Origin: an uncultured delta proteobacterium
GTDB lineage: Bacteria > Desulfobacterota > Desulfobacteria > Desulfobacterales > JAFDCJ01
Direction of reading: 5' to 3'
Assembly: GCA_963769935.1 (NCBI GenBank)
Contig: CAVYNY010000003.1
Span: forward strand, 44,341 to 108,340
Length of the DNA stretch: 64,000 bases
Shown: positions 9,608-19,900 of the stretch, piece after piece
Layout: the number at the start of each line of letters is the position of its first letter
Position numbering within the stretch: the stretch's first letter is position 1
Notes under the pieces: generated by a model
What the model was told of the DNA's origin: nothing
Database searches by the model: none
Seen by the model: the letters and a program-made list of their open reading frames with translations, nothing else
Position numbers and translations under genes: made by a program

Positions 9608-10321
9608 ATGGAAAACAGATCTCATTCCGTCACGGTCTTTTCAGCCGGCTTTATCACCGGCGCCCTGGGAGTGCTGGTTATCGGCGCTGCGATGCTTTAC
9701 ATGTTGAACATGTCTGAATTTGTTGCCATATCCGTGTTGAAAATTCCCAGGGTTCAAAGGGTGCTGACGTGGACCTATGAGAATCTCAGACTCTCGATCA
9801 TCCCCTTTTTCTTTACTTCGCTGCTGTATACCGGCTCTCTTCTCCGCTTAAAGCGTTATCTGAAAGATCAGCGCACTCCGGTGGAAAAGATTGCCCAGAG
9901 CGAGCAGCTGGTTGATATCTGGATCAATCTATTCTTCGGGATCGGGGTAATTTGGACGGCCATCGGCATGCGCGGCGCCTTGCTGGACGGAGTCGGTGAC
10001 TTGAATGCCCAATCGGCAGCACAGCTGGGCGCCTTTTCGATCCTGCAACGATTGGTGGACGGCGGAATTTTGCTGGCATTATCCACCACCATCTTCGGTG
10101 CCGTCGGCGGCTATCTGCTGCGCCTGATTAAATCCATGGCGGTGGGTACCCAGGTGAAAGCTTATTACAATCGACTGGCAGAGCAGCAGGCCGACTCAGT
10201 TCATAAAGCCCTGCAATCCATCGACGGGCGGGTCCAGGAATTGGTGGGGATACAGAAAAATTTAAATAACTTGGCGAACACAACCGATGAAGGTAAAGCT
10301 ATCCGTCCGCCGGTTATTTAA
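9608..10321 (+). CDS. MotA/TolQ/ExbB-like proton-channel membrane protein
   Basis: Four hydrophobic segments; LFFGIGVIWTAIGM and GILLALSTTIFG resemble the ExbB/TolQ GLLGTVxGM and ALxTTxxG helices. Confidence 0.65.
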   Translation: MENRSHSVTVFSAGFITGALGVLVIGAAMLYMLNMSEFVAISVLKIPRVQRVLTWTYENLRLSIIPFFFTSLLYTGSLLRLKRYLKDQRTPVEKIAQSEQLVDIWINLFFGIGVIWTAIGMRGALLDGVGDLNAQSAAQLGAFSILQRLVDGGILLALSTTIFGAVGGYLLRLIKSMAVGTQVKAYYNRLAEQQADSVHKALQSIDGRVQELVGIQKNLNNLANTTDEGKAIRPPVI

Positions 10322-10450
10322 AGAAATGCAGGCATCAGGTGTTGAGAAAAAGCAAAAATATCAGAAAGGTTTCAATCCCTGCACACCGCAACGGACAATG
10401 GACAAACGACAGCGGACTTTGAATAATTGGCGCTCAATTTGGAGCAATCG

Positions 10451-11287
10451 ATGCACCCTTTATATCCATCGCCAATATCTCTTATCCGGCCCGAGGCTTC
10501 CTTTTCAAATGAGGTGGAAGTGCTGCAGACGGATGTCATGCGATTTTTTGCGATATTATGTCTGTGCCTGATGGCGATATTTGCTCTGGTCAAAACCCTG
10601 CCCATGGCCCCTTCGACCGGTCCTCCCACGATGGTCGAACCCACGGACCTTAAAGCAGATGTCGAAGCTCTGCAAAAACACATTGCCATGCTCAAAGAGA
10701 GGCTTGGGCAGTTAAGGACCCAAGTTCAGGCCGCCGCCGTCGACGCCGAAAAATCAACGACCGTGGCTGCCGTTGCGGAAAAAAAAATTAAAGATGAAAC
10801 GCAACACCTGGCAGAGATACAGGCAAAACTGAAGCGGGAAAGAGTAAAATTGAATCAACCTCGGTCGGAGAAAAAACCGGCTGAAATATTACCGGCTGAG
10901 CAAAAAAATCCGCCGCCTCAGACCGTCAGGCAAGGATTCAGCTTGCGTTTTGCCTCGGATGCGGCGCTGCAAAAGCTGATCGACAGCGGGAAAGTAAATT
11001 TTTATGCATTAGCCGGGAAAAAAGCCTGGCAATTGCACCTGAGAGACGGACAGCCGGTCTATTCGTCGACCCGATTTCCCAGTCAAATTCATGAAATGCA
11101 GACTCCCACCGTTCCCACTGAGTATACCGGGGCTTTTCACCGGCAGGTAGCGGCGTTCGGCCGCACCACGGTGACCTGGGGGGTGACGCTGCCTTCCCCA
11201 ACTATGTCATCCATTAACCAGCTCATCAAAAGCCGACCCGGGGGTGATCTGATCATCACCGCGGCCGGCGAGGTCGTTATAAAATGA
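10451..11287 (+). CDS. MotB/ExbD-like single-pass protein with periplasmic coiled coil
   Basis: GGAG RBS before ATG 10451; N-terminal TM with an Asp at its start (QTDVMRFFAILCLCLMAIFALV), then a coiled coil and a globular C-terminus; follows the MotA-like gene. Confidence 0.55.
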   Translation: MHPLYPSPISLIRPEASFSNEVEVLQTDVMRFFAILCLCLMAIFALVKTLPMAPSTGPPTMVEPTDLKADVEALQKHIAMLKERLGQLRTQVQAAAVDAEKSTTVAAVAEKKIKDETQHLAEIQAKLKRERVKLNQPRSEKKPAEILPAEQKNPPPQTVRQGFSLRFASDAALQKLIDSGKVNFYALAGKKAWQLHLRDGQPVYSSTRFPSQIHEMQTPTVPTEYTGAFHRQVAAFGRTTVTWGVTLPSPTMSSINQLIKSRPGGDLIITAAGEVVIK

Positions 11288-12882
11288 CAACCACCAACAA
11301 CATCGGGACCGGGATCCGGCCGTACATTTTACTCTTGATTTTTATAGGGTTGTCGGCCTGCAGCGGCCATCAGGTGTACCATGAAGTTGGACTGCCGGCC
11401 GGCGGATCGTCGCTTGATACCTGGCTGGAAGATACCCTTATTCCATACCTGCTCCAGCAACTCAGCCAGCACCCGCGCTTTAAAGGCCAACCCATTTTGT
11501 TGGTCGGCCTGCGCGGCGATGAGGTCCGCTCCCGCGCAGATGACTTGACGGGAGAGATCCGATCAAAAATCGGCGACGCGCTGCTGAAACAACCCGGTCT
11601 CGATCTTGCCTGGCAACCGACCGGCCCGCCACGAGAACACCATCAACGTCTCGCGGATGTCTCCTGTGGCACTTACCGCAAAATCCAATATTACATCGGT
11701 CTGGACTGCGGTTTGACCCGATTGGAGGGCAAGCTTTATGTAAAAGTGCGGGCCTTGAACCTTGCCGAACAAAAATGGGTGACCGGCTTCGGCAAATCAT
11801 GGGAAGGGCGGCCGACCGCAGCCCAGCTGGCGGCTCTGGCGCGCGAACATCCGGATGAATATTTGCGGGGTCGGCGCCAGCTGCCGTTTTCCGAGGAGCA
11901 GCCGGATTTGTTGGCTGCCTATTTGGCCCGCAATCTAAGCTGTGTTTTGCGGCAGGCCGAATCCGATAATCTGGTGGTGCATGTTGCCAAACCATCCGCA
12001 AATTCCCCGGCAGTCTTTAAAACGGCCCTGGAACTTGTGGGAAACTACCTGGCGCGTTTTCGGGAGGTGGAAGTAACCGATGATCCGAACCAGGCCAATA
12101 TCACCCTGGTATGCGAAATCCATGCCATCCATCAAGGCTTGCACCAGATCTGGGTCTCTGCCAGACACCGCCGTGATGAAAAATATCTGCCCGGCGCAGA
12201 GACTGAAGCGTATGTGTTGATTGATGCCCATGAACAGATGCAGGTCGCCGGCGCGCAGAATGCAAGACCTTATGCGCCCCTGCCCTCCGCCGCGCGCCTA
12301 TCGAATTCATCTGAACTAATAGCATCATTTGATCTACTGACGCCGATGAATCAGAATTCATGTTCAACCGGCGCTCCCTGGCAGTCTGGTGTACGGCGGA
12401 TTGACTCCCAGGAACGTATTCCGGGCGGCGGCTGTCTGGCCGTAGAAATGACGCTTTCGGCGGCGGCTTATGTTTTTTTGGTGGGTCAGGATGCCGGTGG
12501 TGAATTAACGCAAATGTTTCCATCTGTCTGCACCGGCCGGCAGGAAAATGATGCCCTGCTCCATCCCGGTCAGCTATTTCAATTTCCATCACTTTCAGAT
12601 CCCAACGCCGGGGTACTGGAACTTACCGGTTCGCCCGGCAGGGAACGGGTTTTTGCAATTGCCATAACAAGCCCGGATCTGGCCGATCGATTTGCCGACC
12701 GGCTGGTGGAAGTCCAGGACCTGTGCCGACCCGGCAAAATATTTGCCGATAACCTAATAGCCGGTAATAGCCGAACCTCTGCCGAAGGTATTTATCAATG
12801 GCAAGACTACTTGATCCGGCTTTCGGCTGATAATCCCGGTTTGGTCCAGTGGCAGGCAATCAGCTTCTGGCACGAGCCGTAG
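11284..12882 (+). CDS. lipoprotein with C-terminal DUF4384-like domain
   Basis: Lipobox GLSAC; alpha/beta N-terminal domains; LAVEMTLSAAAYVFLVGQDAGGELTQMFPS...PGRERVFAIA; overlaps the upstream stop. Confidence 0.65.
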   Translation: MTTTNNIGTGIRPYILLLIFIGLSACSGHQVYHEVGLPAGGSSLDTWLEDTLIPYLLQQLSQHPRFKGQPILLVGLRGDEVRSRADDLTGEIRSKIGDALLKQPGLDLAWQPTGPPREHHQRLADVSCGTYRKIQYYIGLDCGLTRLEGKLYVKVRALNLAEQKWVTGFGKSWEGRPTAAQLAALAREHPDEYLRGRRQLPFSEEQPDLLAAYLARNLSCVLRQAESDNLVVHVAKPSANSPAVFKTALELVGNYLARFREVEVTDDPNQANITLVCEIHAIHQGLHQIWVSARHRRDEKYLPGAETEAYVLIDAHEQMQVAGAQNARPYAPLPSAARLSNSSELIASFDLLTPMNQNSCSTGAPWQSGVRRIDSQERIPGGGCLAVEMTLSAAAYVFLVGQDAGGELTQMFPSVCTGRQENDALLHPGQLFQFPSLSDPNAGVLELTGSPGRERVFAIAITSPDLADRFADRLVEVQDLCRPGKIFADNLIAGNSRTSAEGIYQWQDYLIRLSADNPGLVQWQAISFWHEP

Positions 12883-13084
12883 AGAAAGGACACTAATTGT
12901 ATTTGAATTGAAAATACTCTGCTGCCGATGTCGGAAGGATCCATTTTGACCAAATGGCGCAAGGCAGACGGCGCAGGGTATTTGTGCTCGTCTTAATATG
13001 ATGCCATTAGCTCGGGTAACAGGTAGTCCATGAGGTGCAGTTCACAACCGGTAACCCGAGACACGCACCTCGTAAGCCGAAACA

Positions 13085-13125
13085 CGTAACTCGCAACCCG
13101 TAACTCGCAACCCGTAACTCGCAAC
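13085..13125 (+). repeat. tandem 14-bp (2x7) repeat CGTAACTCGCAACC, about 3 copies, with degenerate copies from about 13045
   Basis: cgtaactcgcaacc cgtaactcgcaacc cgtaactcgcaac, directly abutting ATG 13126. Confidence 0.85.
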
Positions 13126-13949
13126 ATGACTCAACTGCACATTATCACTAAACTAATTATCTGCCTGGCCTTGCTTGGATATGGTCAACAGGCGGCAGGC
13201 GCCCTTAAAGAAGCCGGATCGGATATTGAGGCGCTGTGGCGCCTTTTTCTGGCCAACGATGCGCTGAAATCCCCTGTGATCAGTTTCCCTTATGATCACT
13301 GTTTTAATACGGCCGCCCAAAAATATGATCTACCTTTATCACTTCTTCTGGCCGTGGCGCGCGGTGAATCCGACTTTAATCCCAGAGCCCGGTCGGATCG
13401 CAACTGCCACGGATTGATGCAAATCCAGTGGCCCGGAACAGCCAAACATCTGGGAATCTATCGACTTGCGGCGCTGTATGAGCCGTGCACCAATATTAGC
13501 GCCGGAGCCCGATATCTGAGGGAGCTTATGGACCGCTATGATCAAAATCTGCATCTGGCCCTGGCGGCATACAACTACGGGCCGAATCGCATCCAGCCCA
13601 AAGCCGGACCGGGCCGTATTCCTCAGGGCGCCCAATGGTACAGCGGCTATATTTACCATCACCTGGAATTTGTCACCCAGGGGGGGACGCCGCATCCGGC
13701 GGCGCAGCGGGCAAAGGGTCGGCCTACGGCCGTGAAAAGCGGCTGGCAATCATAACGTTTAACCGGCCATATCGAGCGAGCGCATTTTACCGGCACCTTC
13801 AAGAACAGGCACCTGCGCTGAAACTCGATTGGTATCGTATCGGTTTGGGAAGGTTTCAGGTGGTGATGCGGTTCACGGATAAAAAAGCACTGGAAGCCGG
13901 CCGCAAAAAATTAAGAACTCTGGGAGTGATCGTCAAAGCCAGGAAATGA
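13126..13949 (+). CDS. exported SLT-family lytic transglycosylase, apparently frameshifted at a G7 run (ORFs 13126-13755 and 13635-13949)
   Basis: VARGESDF, GLMQI, GARYL and ALAAYNYG motifs; one extra G in the run at 13680-13686 joins it to a plausible small alpha/beta (SPOR-like) C-terminal domain. Confidence 0.75.
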
Positions 13950-13997
13950 GATGGAATGCCGGACCAATGATGTTGAAAAAATCAGCTAAATTATTTT

Positions 13998-14026
13998 GTA
14001 AACCTTTTTTTAACCTTATACGTCAC
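13998..14026 (+). promoter_or_regulatory. putative ECF promoter, motif 1 (GTAAAC-N17-CGTCAC)
   Basis: Intergenic, upstream of the caspase gene at 14394. Confidence 0.5.
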
Positions 14027-14126
14027 ACTCAATAGAAATTTTTTGTTATATAGTTTCATATGAGCGCCGCGGCTCTGAGAGCGTCATCTGATAGTGGAAG
14101 AAATTCGATGTAGTTTTATAAGTGCC

Positions 14127-14280
14127 CTCACCGCTGAGAGTCACAGAGAGCGCAGAGATTACATTAAAATTTTCTTTCGTCGGCGTTCTCGGCAGGCTCT
14201 GCGGTGAACTATCAGTTTCTTTTTCGATCAGATCGGCCGTTGTTTTGACAATGCGGCTTTGGCGCTGAAACCTGACATCT
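14127..14280 (+). repeat. dispersed composite palindromic repeat, family B
   Basis: Aligns by eye with the reverse complement of 26122-26296. Confidence 0.85.
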
Positions 14281-14393
14281 GTTAACCTAATTTTTGCAAT
14301 TTTAAATTATCAACGTTCTCAACTTCTCCCGAATAGAGTCTTGGAAAATGCAAGGGGCAAAATACCTAAAAAGCAAAAATTAGCGGAGTTCTT

Positions 14394-15818
14394 ATGGCTG
14401 ACAAAAATAAAAAGCTCGGCGGTTTTTGGTCCTATCTTCTCTGGCTGCTGCTGATGTCATTGGTCCTCGTTTCAACCTCCAGGGGTGAAGATCGGGCCCT
14501 GCTGATCGGTGTCGGACGGTATGCGCATTTCGAAGAAAAGCTCAACGGCGTCAGTCTGGATCTCGGCATGATGAAAGAATTATCACAACTGATGGGATTT
14601 AAGGAACATGCAATTAAGGTGCTGGAAAATGAGCAGGCATCTACCGCCGGGGTTAATGAGGCGATTGAAGACTGGTTGATTCGGGGCACCGGACCGCAGG
14701 ACCGGGTCCTGTTTTATTTCAGCGGGCACGGCTCCCAGGTTCCGGATGAAAACAACGATGAAAAGGATCATTTTGATGAAGTGCTGCTGCTCTATGATGT
14801 GACCCTCACGGAAAGGCAAGGCCGGCAGACATTGAACGGTGTTTTGCTCGATGATCAATTCGGCAGCATGCTGGCAAAAATCAAAAGCCGCAACATTCTG
14901 GTCATTCTCGATGCCTGCCACAGCGGCAGCGCAACCAGGAGCATCCGGCTGACCACCCGGTCTATTCCGATACACAACGCTCAGGTGAAATACTTCTATT
15001 ATTCGCCGATGCTGGAGGCAGCCGGCGGCAGCGGCCGGTTCGATGTGATGGAGCCGGATGCTTCACCGGCGGCTGCAGGCCGCTATGTGGCAATTTCGGC
15101 CTGCCGCGACGATGAGATGACGCTTGCCACCGCCCAGGGAAGCATATTCACACTCGGGCTGCGCGAGACCTTGCGTGCGGCGGCCAGGGCCGGAAAAAGC
15201 ATTTCGCCCGCAGAATTACAGCGCCGGACGACCCGATTCATTCAGGAACAAATAGGATCCGAAGGGGCTGCATTTCATCCCCAGATTGCCGGCCAAAAAT
15301 CCCTTCTTGAGCGTCCTTTGGAACTGGTCTCACTTGCCGGAGGAAGCGGCCCGGTGCGTCAAAATCTGGAAGCATTGATGCATAAAAGCCATGAAACCGT
15401 CTGGATCAATTTAAACAAAATCTGTTTTGAACCTGGCGACGTACTTGAAATATCCGTCAGATTATCCGAACCGGGGTATTTGAATGTCGTCAGTGTTCGT
15501 CCGGATGATCAGGCCACGGTGCTGTTTCCAAACCAATATCACCGACAGAATGCCGTTGACCGGGGCGCGTTGACCCTACCCACCCGTCAGATGAACTTTG
15601 AATTGGTGGCCGACGGCCCCCCGGGCACCATTCTGATAACGGCCTTTCTGACCCCTTCACCGGTGGACGGCTACAAAAACGGCTTCAAGACCCCGGAGGA
15701 TGTGATGGCGGGTCTCTCACCCGGTACAACGCGCTCCTTGATGCTGCGCCAAAACCAGGACTGGCTGGCCGCCGGCAGGGTAGCCGTTGAAATGCGGGAA
15801 AAAGGAGGATGCAGGTGA
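14394..15818 (+). CDS. exported caspase-family (C14) peptidase with C-terminal DUF4384-like domain
   Basis: Signal peptide; RALLIGV, FYFSGHG (His), ILDACHSG (Cys); FEPGDVLEISVRLSEPGYLNVV..LFPN. Confidence 0.88.
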   Translation: MADKNKKLGGFWSYLLWLLLMSLVLVSTSRGEDRALLIGVGRYAHFEEKLNGVSLDLGMMKELSQLMGFKEHAIKVLENEQASTAGVNEAIEDWLIRGTGPQDRVLFYFSGHGSQVPDENNDEKDHFDEVLLLYDVTLTERQGRQTLNGVLLDDQFGSMLAKIKSRNILVILDACHSGSATRSIRLTTRSIPIHNAQVKYFYYSPMLEAAGGSGRFDVMEPDASPAAAGRYVAISACRDDEMTLATAQGSIFTLGLRETLRAAARAGKSISPAELQRRTTRFIQEQIGSEGAAFHPQIAGQKSLLERPLELVSLAGGSGPVRQNLEALMHKSHETVWINLNKICFEPGDVLEISVRLSEPGYLNVVSVRPDDQATVLFPNQYHRQNAVDRGALTLPTRQMNFELVADGPPGTILITAFLTPSPVDGYKNGFKTPEDVMAGLSPGTTRSLMLRQNQDWLAAGRVAVEMREKGGCR

Positions 15819-16696
15819 AATATTTTTTCAAGTTTATCGCTGTCTTGTCGCTAATAATTTTTACCTGTATTCCCGTGGCGACCCGTATTTCAGCTGCTAT
15901 GGACTGCCGTCTGGGTGCTGATTACTACTACCAGGCCAAATCCGAAGCCGATCCGCAGCAGGCTATCCTCTGGTTGAAGCGGTCGGCGCAAGTATGCCCC
16001 AATTTCAATGCCTGGTATATGCTCGGGATGATATACACCCGCCAAGGAGAAATTGATCCCGCCATGGCCGCTTTTATGCGGGCCAGGACCCAGGCTGTTT
16101 CCTCCAAAACCGAAGCCCTGGCCCTGGCCCGCCAGGGCGAACTGCTGGCCCGCTCCGGTCAGCTGCCCCGGGCCCAGCAGGCCCTGGAACTGGCTGGACG
16201 GTTTTATCCTGCACCTGCGCCGGCTTGGCTGGAGGCATCTCTTAAGAATACCAGAATTAAACTGCAGCAGTCGCTGATAACAGCAGCCGATATCAAGTAT
16301 GTACTTGAATCCGGCACGCAATTAAGCAAAGACGGCCGATTTGCGGTTCGCCCGGCAGTGAACCTGCCGGTGCACTTTGACTTCGACCGGGCGGATCTGA
16401 ATTCAGCCGGCAGCCGTCAGGTGATGGAACTGGGTGGTGCCCTTTCCCACGCAACATTGAAGCAGTGGTCTTTTCTGCTGGTCGGCCATACCGACAAGCG
16501 CGGATCCATGGCCTACAATCAGACGCTCTCCGAAAGTCGCGCCTCTTCGGTAAGGATAGAATTGGAACACAGCTTTCCTTCGCTCATCGGCAGGCTGCAA
16601 GCCATGGGACGCGGCGAGACCGAATTACTGTACGACGGCGACAGCGAAGAAGATCATATGCTCAATCGCCGCGTGCAGGTGACGCTTTATCATTGA
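15809..16696 (+). CDS. exported TPR + OmpA-family peptidoglycan-binding protein
   Basis: TPR-like AWYMLGMIY..QGEIDPAMAAF; VHFDFD, VGHTDKRG, YNQTLSESRA, NRRV. Confidence 0.88.
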   Translation: MQVKYFFKFIAVLSLIIFTCIPVATRISAAMDCRLGADYYYQAKSEADPQQAILWLKRSAQVCPNFNAWYMLGMIYTRQGEIDPAMAAFMRARTQAVSSKTEALALARQGELLARSGQLPRAQQALELAGRFYPAPAPAWLEASLKNTRIKLQQSLITAADIKYVLESGTQLSKDGRFAVRPAVNLPVHFDFDRADLNSAGSRQVMELGGALSHATLKQWSFLLVGHTDKRGSMAYNQTLSESRASSVRIELEHSFPSLIGRLQAMGRGETELLYDGDSEEDHMLNRRVQVTLYH

Positions 16697-16875
16697 AAAT
16701 TGAAGATTGAAGATTGAAGATTGAAGATTTATGGAGTCGCCTCGCTCCAACTTTCAATTTAAATATTTTCAAAACCAAATCCGTTTGCAGCAAGATGTTT
16801 AATTGATAATGCGATATTTAAAATTTTGGCTAAAATCGATAGGATTCCGCCAATTTTCAATCTTCAATTTTCAAT
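16692..16875. repeat. dispersed repeat family A (ATTGAAG heptamer arms, GTCGCCTCGCTCC core)
   Basis: Tandem attgaag units with inverted ttcaat units at the far end; related to 28751, 52284 and 53613. Confidence 0.85.
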
Positions 16876-16914
16876 AAATTACATTTCACCCTGATTAGGA
16901 ATCTGTTTGTACCA

Positions 16915-19900
16915 ATGATTAGAGGACATAAAAAAATAGCGCTGTTGACGATATTGCTCTGGCTGGCCGGCGGCATTTCCCTGCCTGCCCTTGCTGAAAA
17001 TCATGCCCTGCTGATCGGTATCGGCAAATACCGGCAGCGCACACTGGAGGGGCCGCCCTATGATGTTGCGGCGCTTTCTCGAGTGCTTGCGGCGCAGTAT
17101 GATTTTCAAAAGGAAAATATCCGTACGCTCGTAAATGAAGAAGCCGTCAAGTCCAGAATCCTTTCTGAGATCGAGCGTCTGACGCATCACACCCATCCCG
17201 GAGACCGGGTATTCATTTATTTCAGCGGTCACGGAACCAGCCGCCGGGATGAAGTGCTGGCGCTTCCGCTGCCGTACAGCACCGGTGCGCTGGTGCCGGC
17301 TGATTTTGAGGCTGATCCCGCTCAACCGGTTGAAAAACTGCTGTCGCAGCTGATCATCGGCAGACGCGACCTGCGGCCGGCGCTGGAGCGACTTGATCGG
17401 GACCGACAGGTCCTGATGGTTTTTGATACCTGTTTTTCAGGCAATACCATCCGAGCCATTGGAAATCATAAAACCGCAAATTTAAGCCGCTACCTCCCGC
17501 TGCCGTCAAGAAGTGTCTTCAAAGCGGAGCGGGAAATTGGAAGCTTTGAGGAAAATTTGAATCTGGATGACCCATATCCCTATCAAAATATTTTTTATAT
17601 TTCGGCGGCTTCGGAAAATGAAGTCGCCAAGGATATCCAAAAAGATACCTTGGACTTATATCCGACCATTGACGGCAATCCCCATGGGGTTCTGACGGAC
17701 GCCCTTTTAAGGGTGCTGGCGGGACAAATGCGCGTCGACACCGACAACGACGGCCGGTGGAGCCAGATTGAGCTGTATGCGGCTGTCAAAAAAGAGGTTC
17801 AACGGCGCTTCCAACAATCGCCGCAGGCCTTGCCCAAGGTAGGGACCCGCACCGATCGGCTGTATTCGAGAACCTTTTTTGTGCGTTCGGCAAAAGCGGT
17901 TGCCACAGCAGGCGGGCACCCGGCCGAACCGGCGCCCGGCCGCCAGGGCGCGAATTATCAATCGGGTTATTCTTCTTCCCATGCGCTGGTGGTTGGCATA
18001 AACGAATATCGACACTGGCCGCGGCTCGAATATGCCGCCAATGATGCCAGGGCAATGGCCGCCAGGTTGAAAGCACAGGGCTTTCAGACTTACCTGCTCA
18101 CCGATGAGCAGGCCACGCTGAAAAATATTCTGGCCGGACTGGAAACGATTCGCCGCAGCATTGATGAGAATTCACGGATGATGTTCTATTTTGCCGGGCA
18201 CGGTCAGACCGAGGACCTGCCTGGAGGACGGGAAAGAGGGTATATCGTGCCGGTGGATGCGGATGCCTACAACTGGCAGCGTACGATGCTGCCCATGGAT
18301 CGGTTGAATCAAACTATCAGGCAGTTCAAAGCCAAACATATCCTTATGGCCTTTGACTCCTGTTACTCCGGACTGGGGTTGACTCGCTCGATAAAAGGTC
18401 GTCCCGATCCGGATTCCGCCTACATTCAGAAAATGATGCACTCCCGAAGTATTCAGATACTGACAGCGGGCAGCCGTTCCGAGCAGGCCATTGAAGCTGC
18501 CGGCCACGGACTGTTCACGGACCAACTGCTGGCCGCCCTCGCGGGGGCGGCGGATATTAATTCCGACGGATACATTACGGCGACCGAAATTTATGCCACC
18601 CTGCGTCCGGCCATAACCCAGAAGTCCTATAGCCGCCAGACCCCGCAGTTCGGCTATATCGAGGGCAACGGCGATATTATTTTTCTTAATACTTCCCGCG
18701 AACCAGAACCTGCCGCCGTTGTTGTTGATACTGCAATTAGCGGCATCGACGTATGGGCCGGCACCTCTGAAATCGGTCACCGCCTGCCGGCCGGACGGCA
18801 TCAGTTACCGGCTCTTGCGGGGCAAACAGCTCTGATCGTTAAAAAGGGCGGACGCACCCTTTATCGAAAGAATGTGCTGCTGTCCGCCAACAGGGTGTTT
18901 TCAATCCAGATCGGCGCAACCATTGCGACATCACACCCGCCGGAAGCATTTTCCACGATTACTATTGCCAATCATAGCGTCGACAATTATTCAAATTCGA
19001 TTGCCTATGATCTGGACGGTGACGGCCGGGAGGAGATGGTGACCGCCTCGGATAACCGGCTTTTTGCTTTCAGGTCCGACGGCACCATCATCTGGGAAAA
19101 AAAATTCCATTTCCCGATCACCTTGGATCTGATTGATGACTGGAATTCGCAGCCGGCCATTGGGCTGTCCGCCGTGAATGAGGATACAGTTCACCTGGTG
19201 CTGCTTGACCAGCGGGGAGAGCAAATTTGGCAGCATGTCCGAAAACTTACCCGCTATTACAACGGCAAAACCGACGGCGGGGGAAAGATTGCCGGGCTGG
19301 CGGACGTCGACCGGGACGGCCGCCAGGACGTCGTGGCCTTTGCCACGGCAGAATACACCTTAAAGCCCCGCGGCATCATCGTGTACGACGGTCGTGCCCG
19401 TGAACTGTGGCGCTACACAATCGGACCCGCTCCACAAAGCATCGTTGTCTGGCAAAAAGATTCAGGACGACCCGACATCATCATCGGAACGTACAGCCCG
19501 GGCGACGGAAATCGCGACTTAACCAACAACACCAGCGATATGCAAACCTACATCATCAGTGTCGACGGTTTTGGCAAAGCAAACTGGCAGATCCCGGTCG
19601 GCGGGTTTTACAGCGGGGTTGTCGTGCTGCCGGCCGGTCTGAAGGACCCTGCCCGTCGCTTTCTTTACGCCCATACCTATACGTCATCTCTTTATCGGGA
19701 AGATGTCGGCGCCATATATAAGATCTCACGATCCGGTCAAGTTCTTAATCGCTTTGAGACCCAAAATTCAATTTTAAGTGTGGCGGTTGCTGAAGCTGAC
19801 CAAAATGGACGGGAATATCTGTATGCGGCCGATAACAAGGGCAACCTGTTAAGACTGGATGAGCGCTTGAATCTGCTCCAGAGAAAGCCCTTGACTGCTG

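Noticed and set aside
9608..11287. Zorya (ZorAB) defence system
   Set aside because: The A subunit is only 237 aa without the long ZorA tail, the B subunit has no OmpA domain, and no ZorC/D/E-like helicase or nuclease is nearby.
12964..12994. Fourth copy of ECF motif 1 before SLT (GCAGAC...CGTCTT)
   Set aside because: The spacer is 19 nt and both boxes deviate; too weak to call.
7969..16696. Conjugative/T4SS or T6SS cluster (because of SLT and OmpA)
   Set aside because: No VirB4/coupling ATPase, relaxase, sheath, Hcp or VgrG is recognisable.
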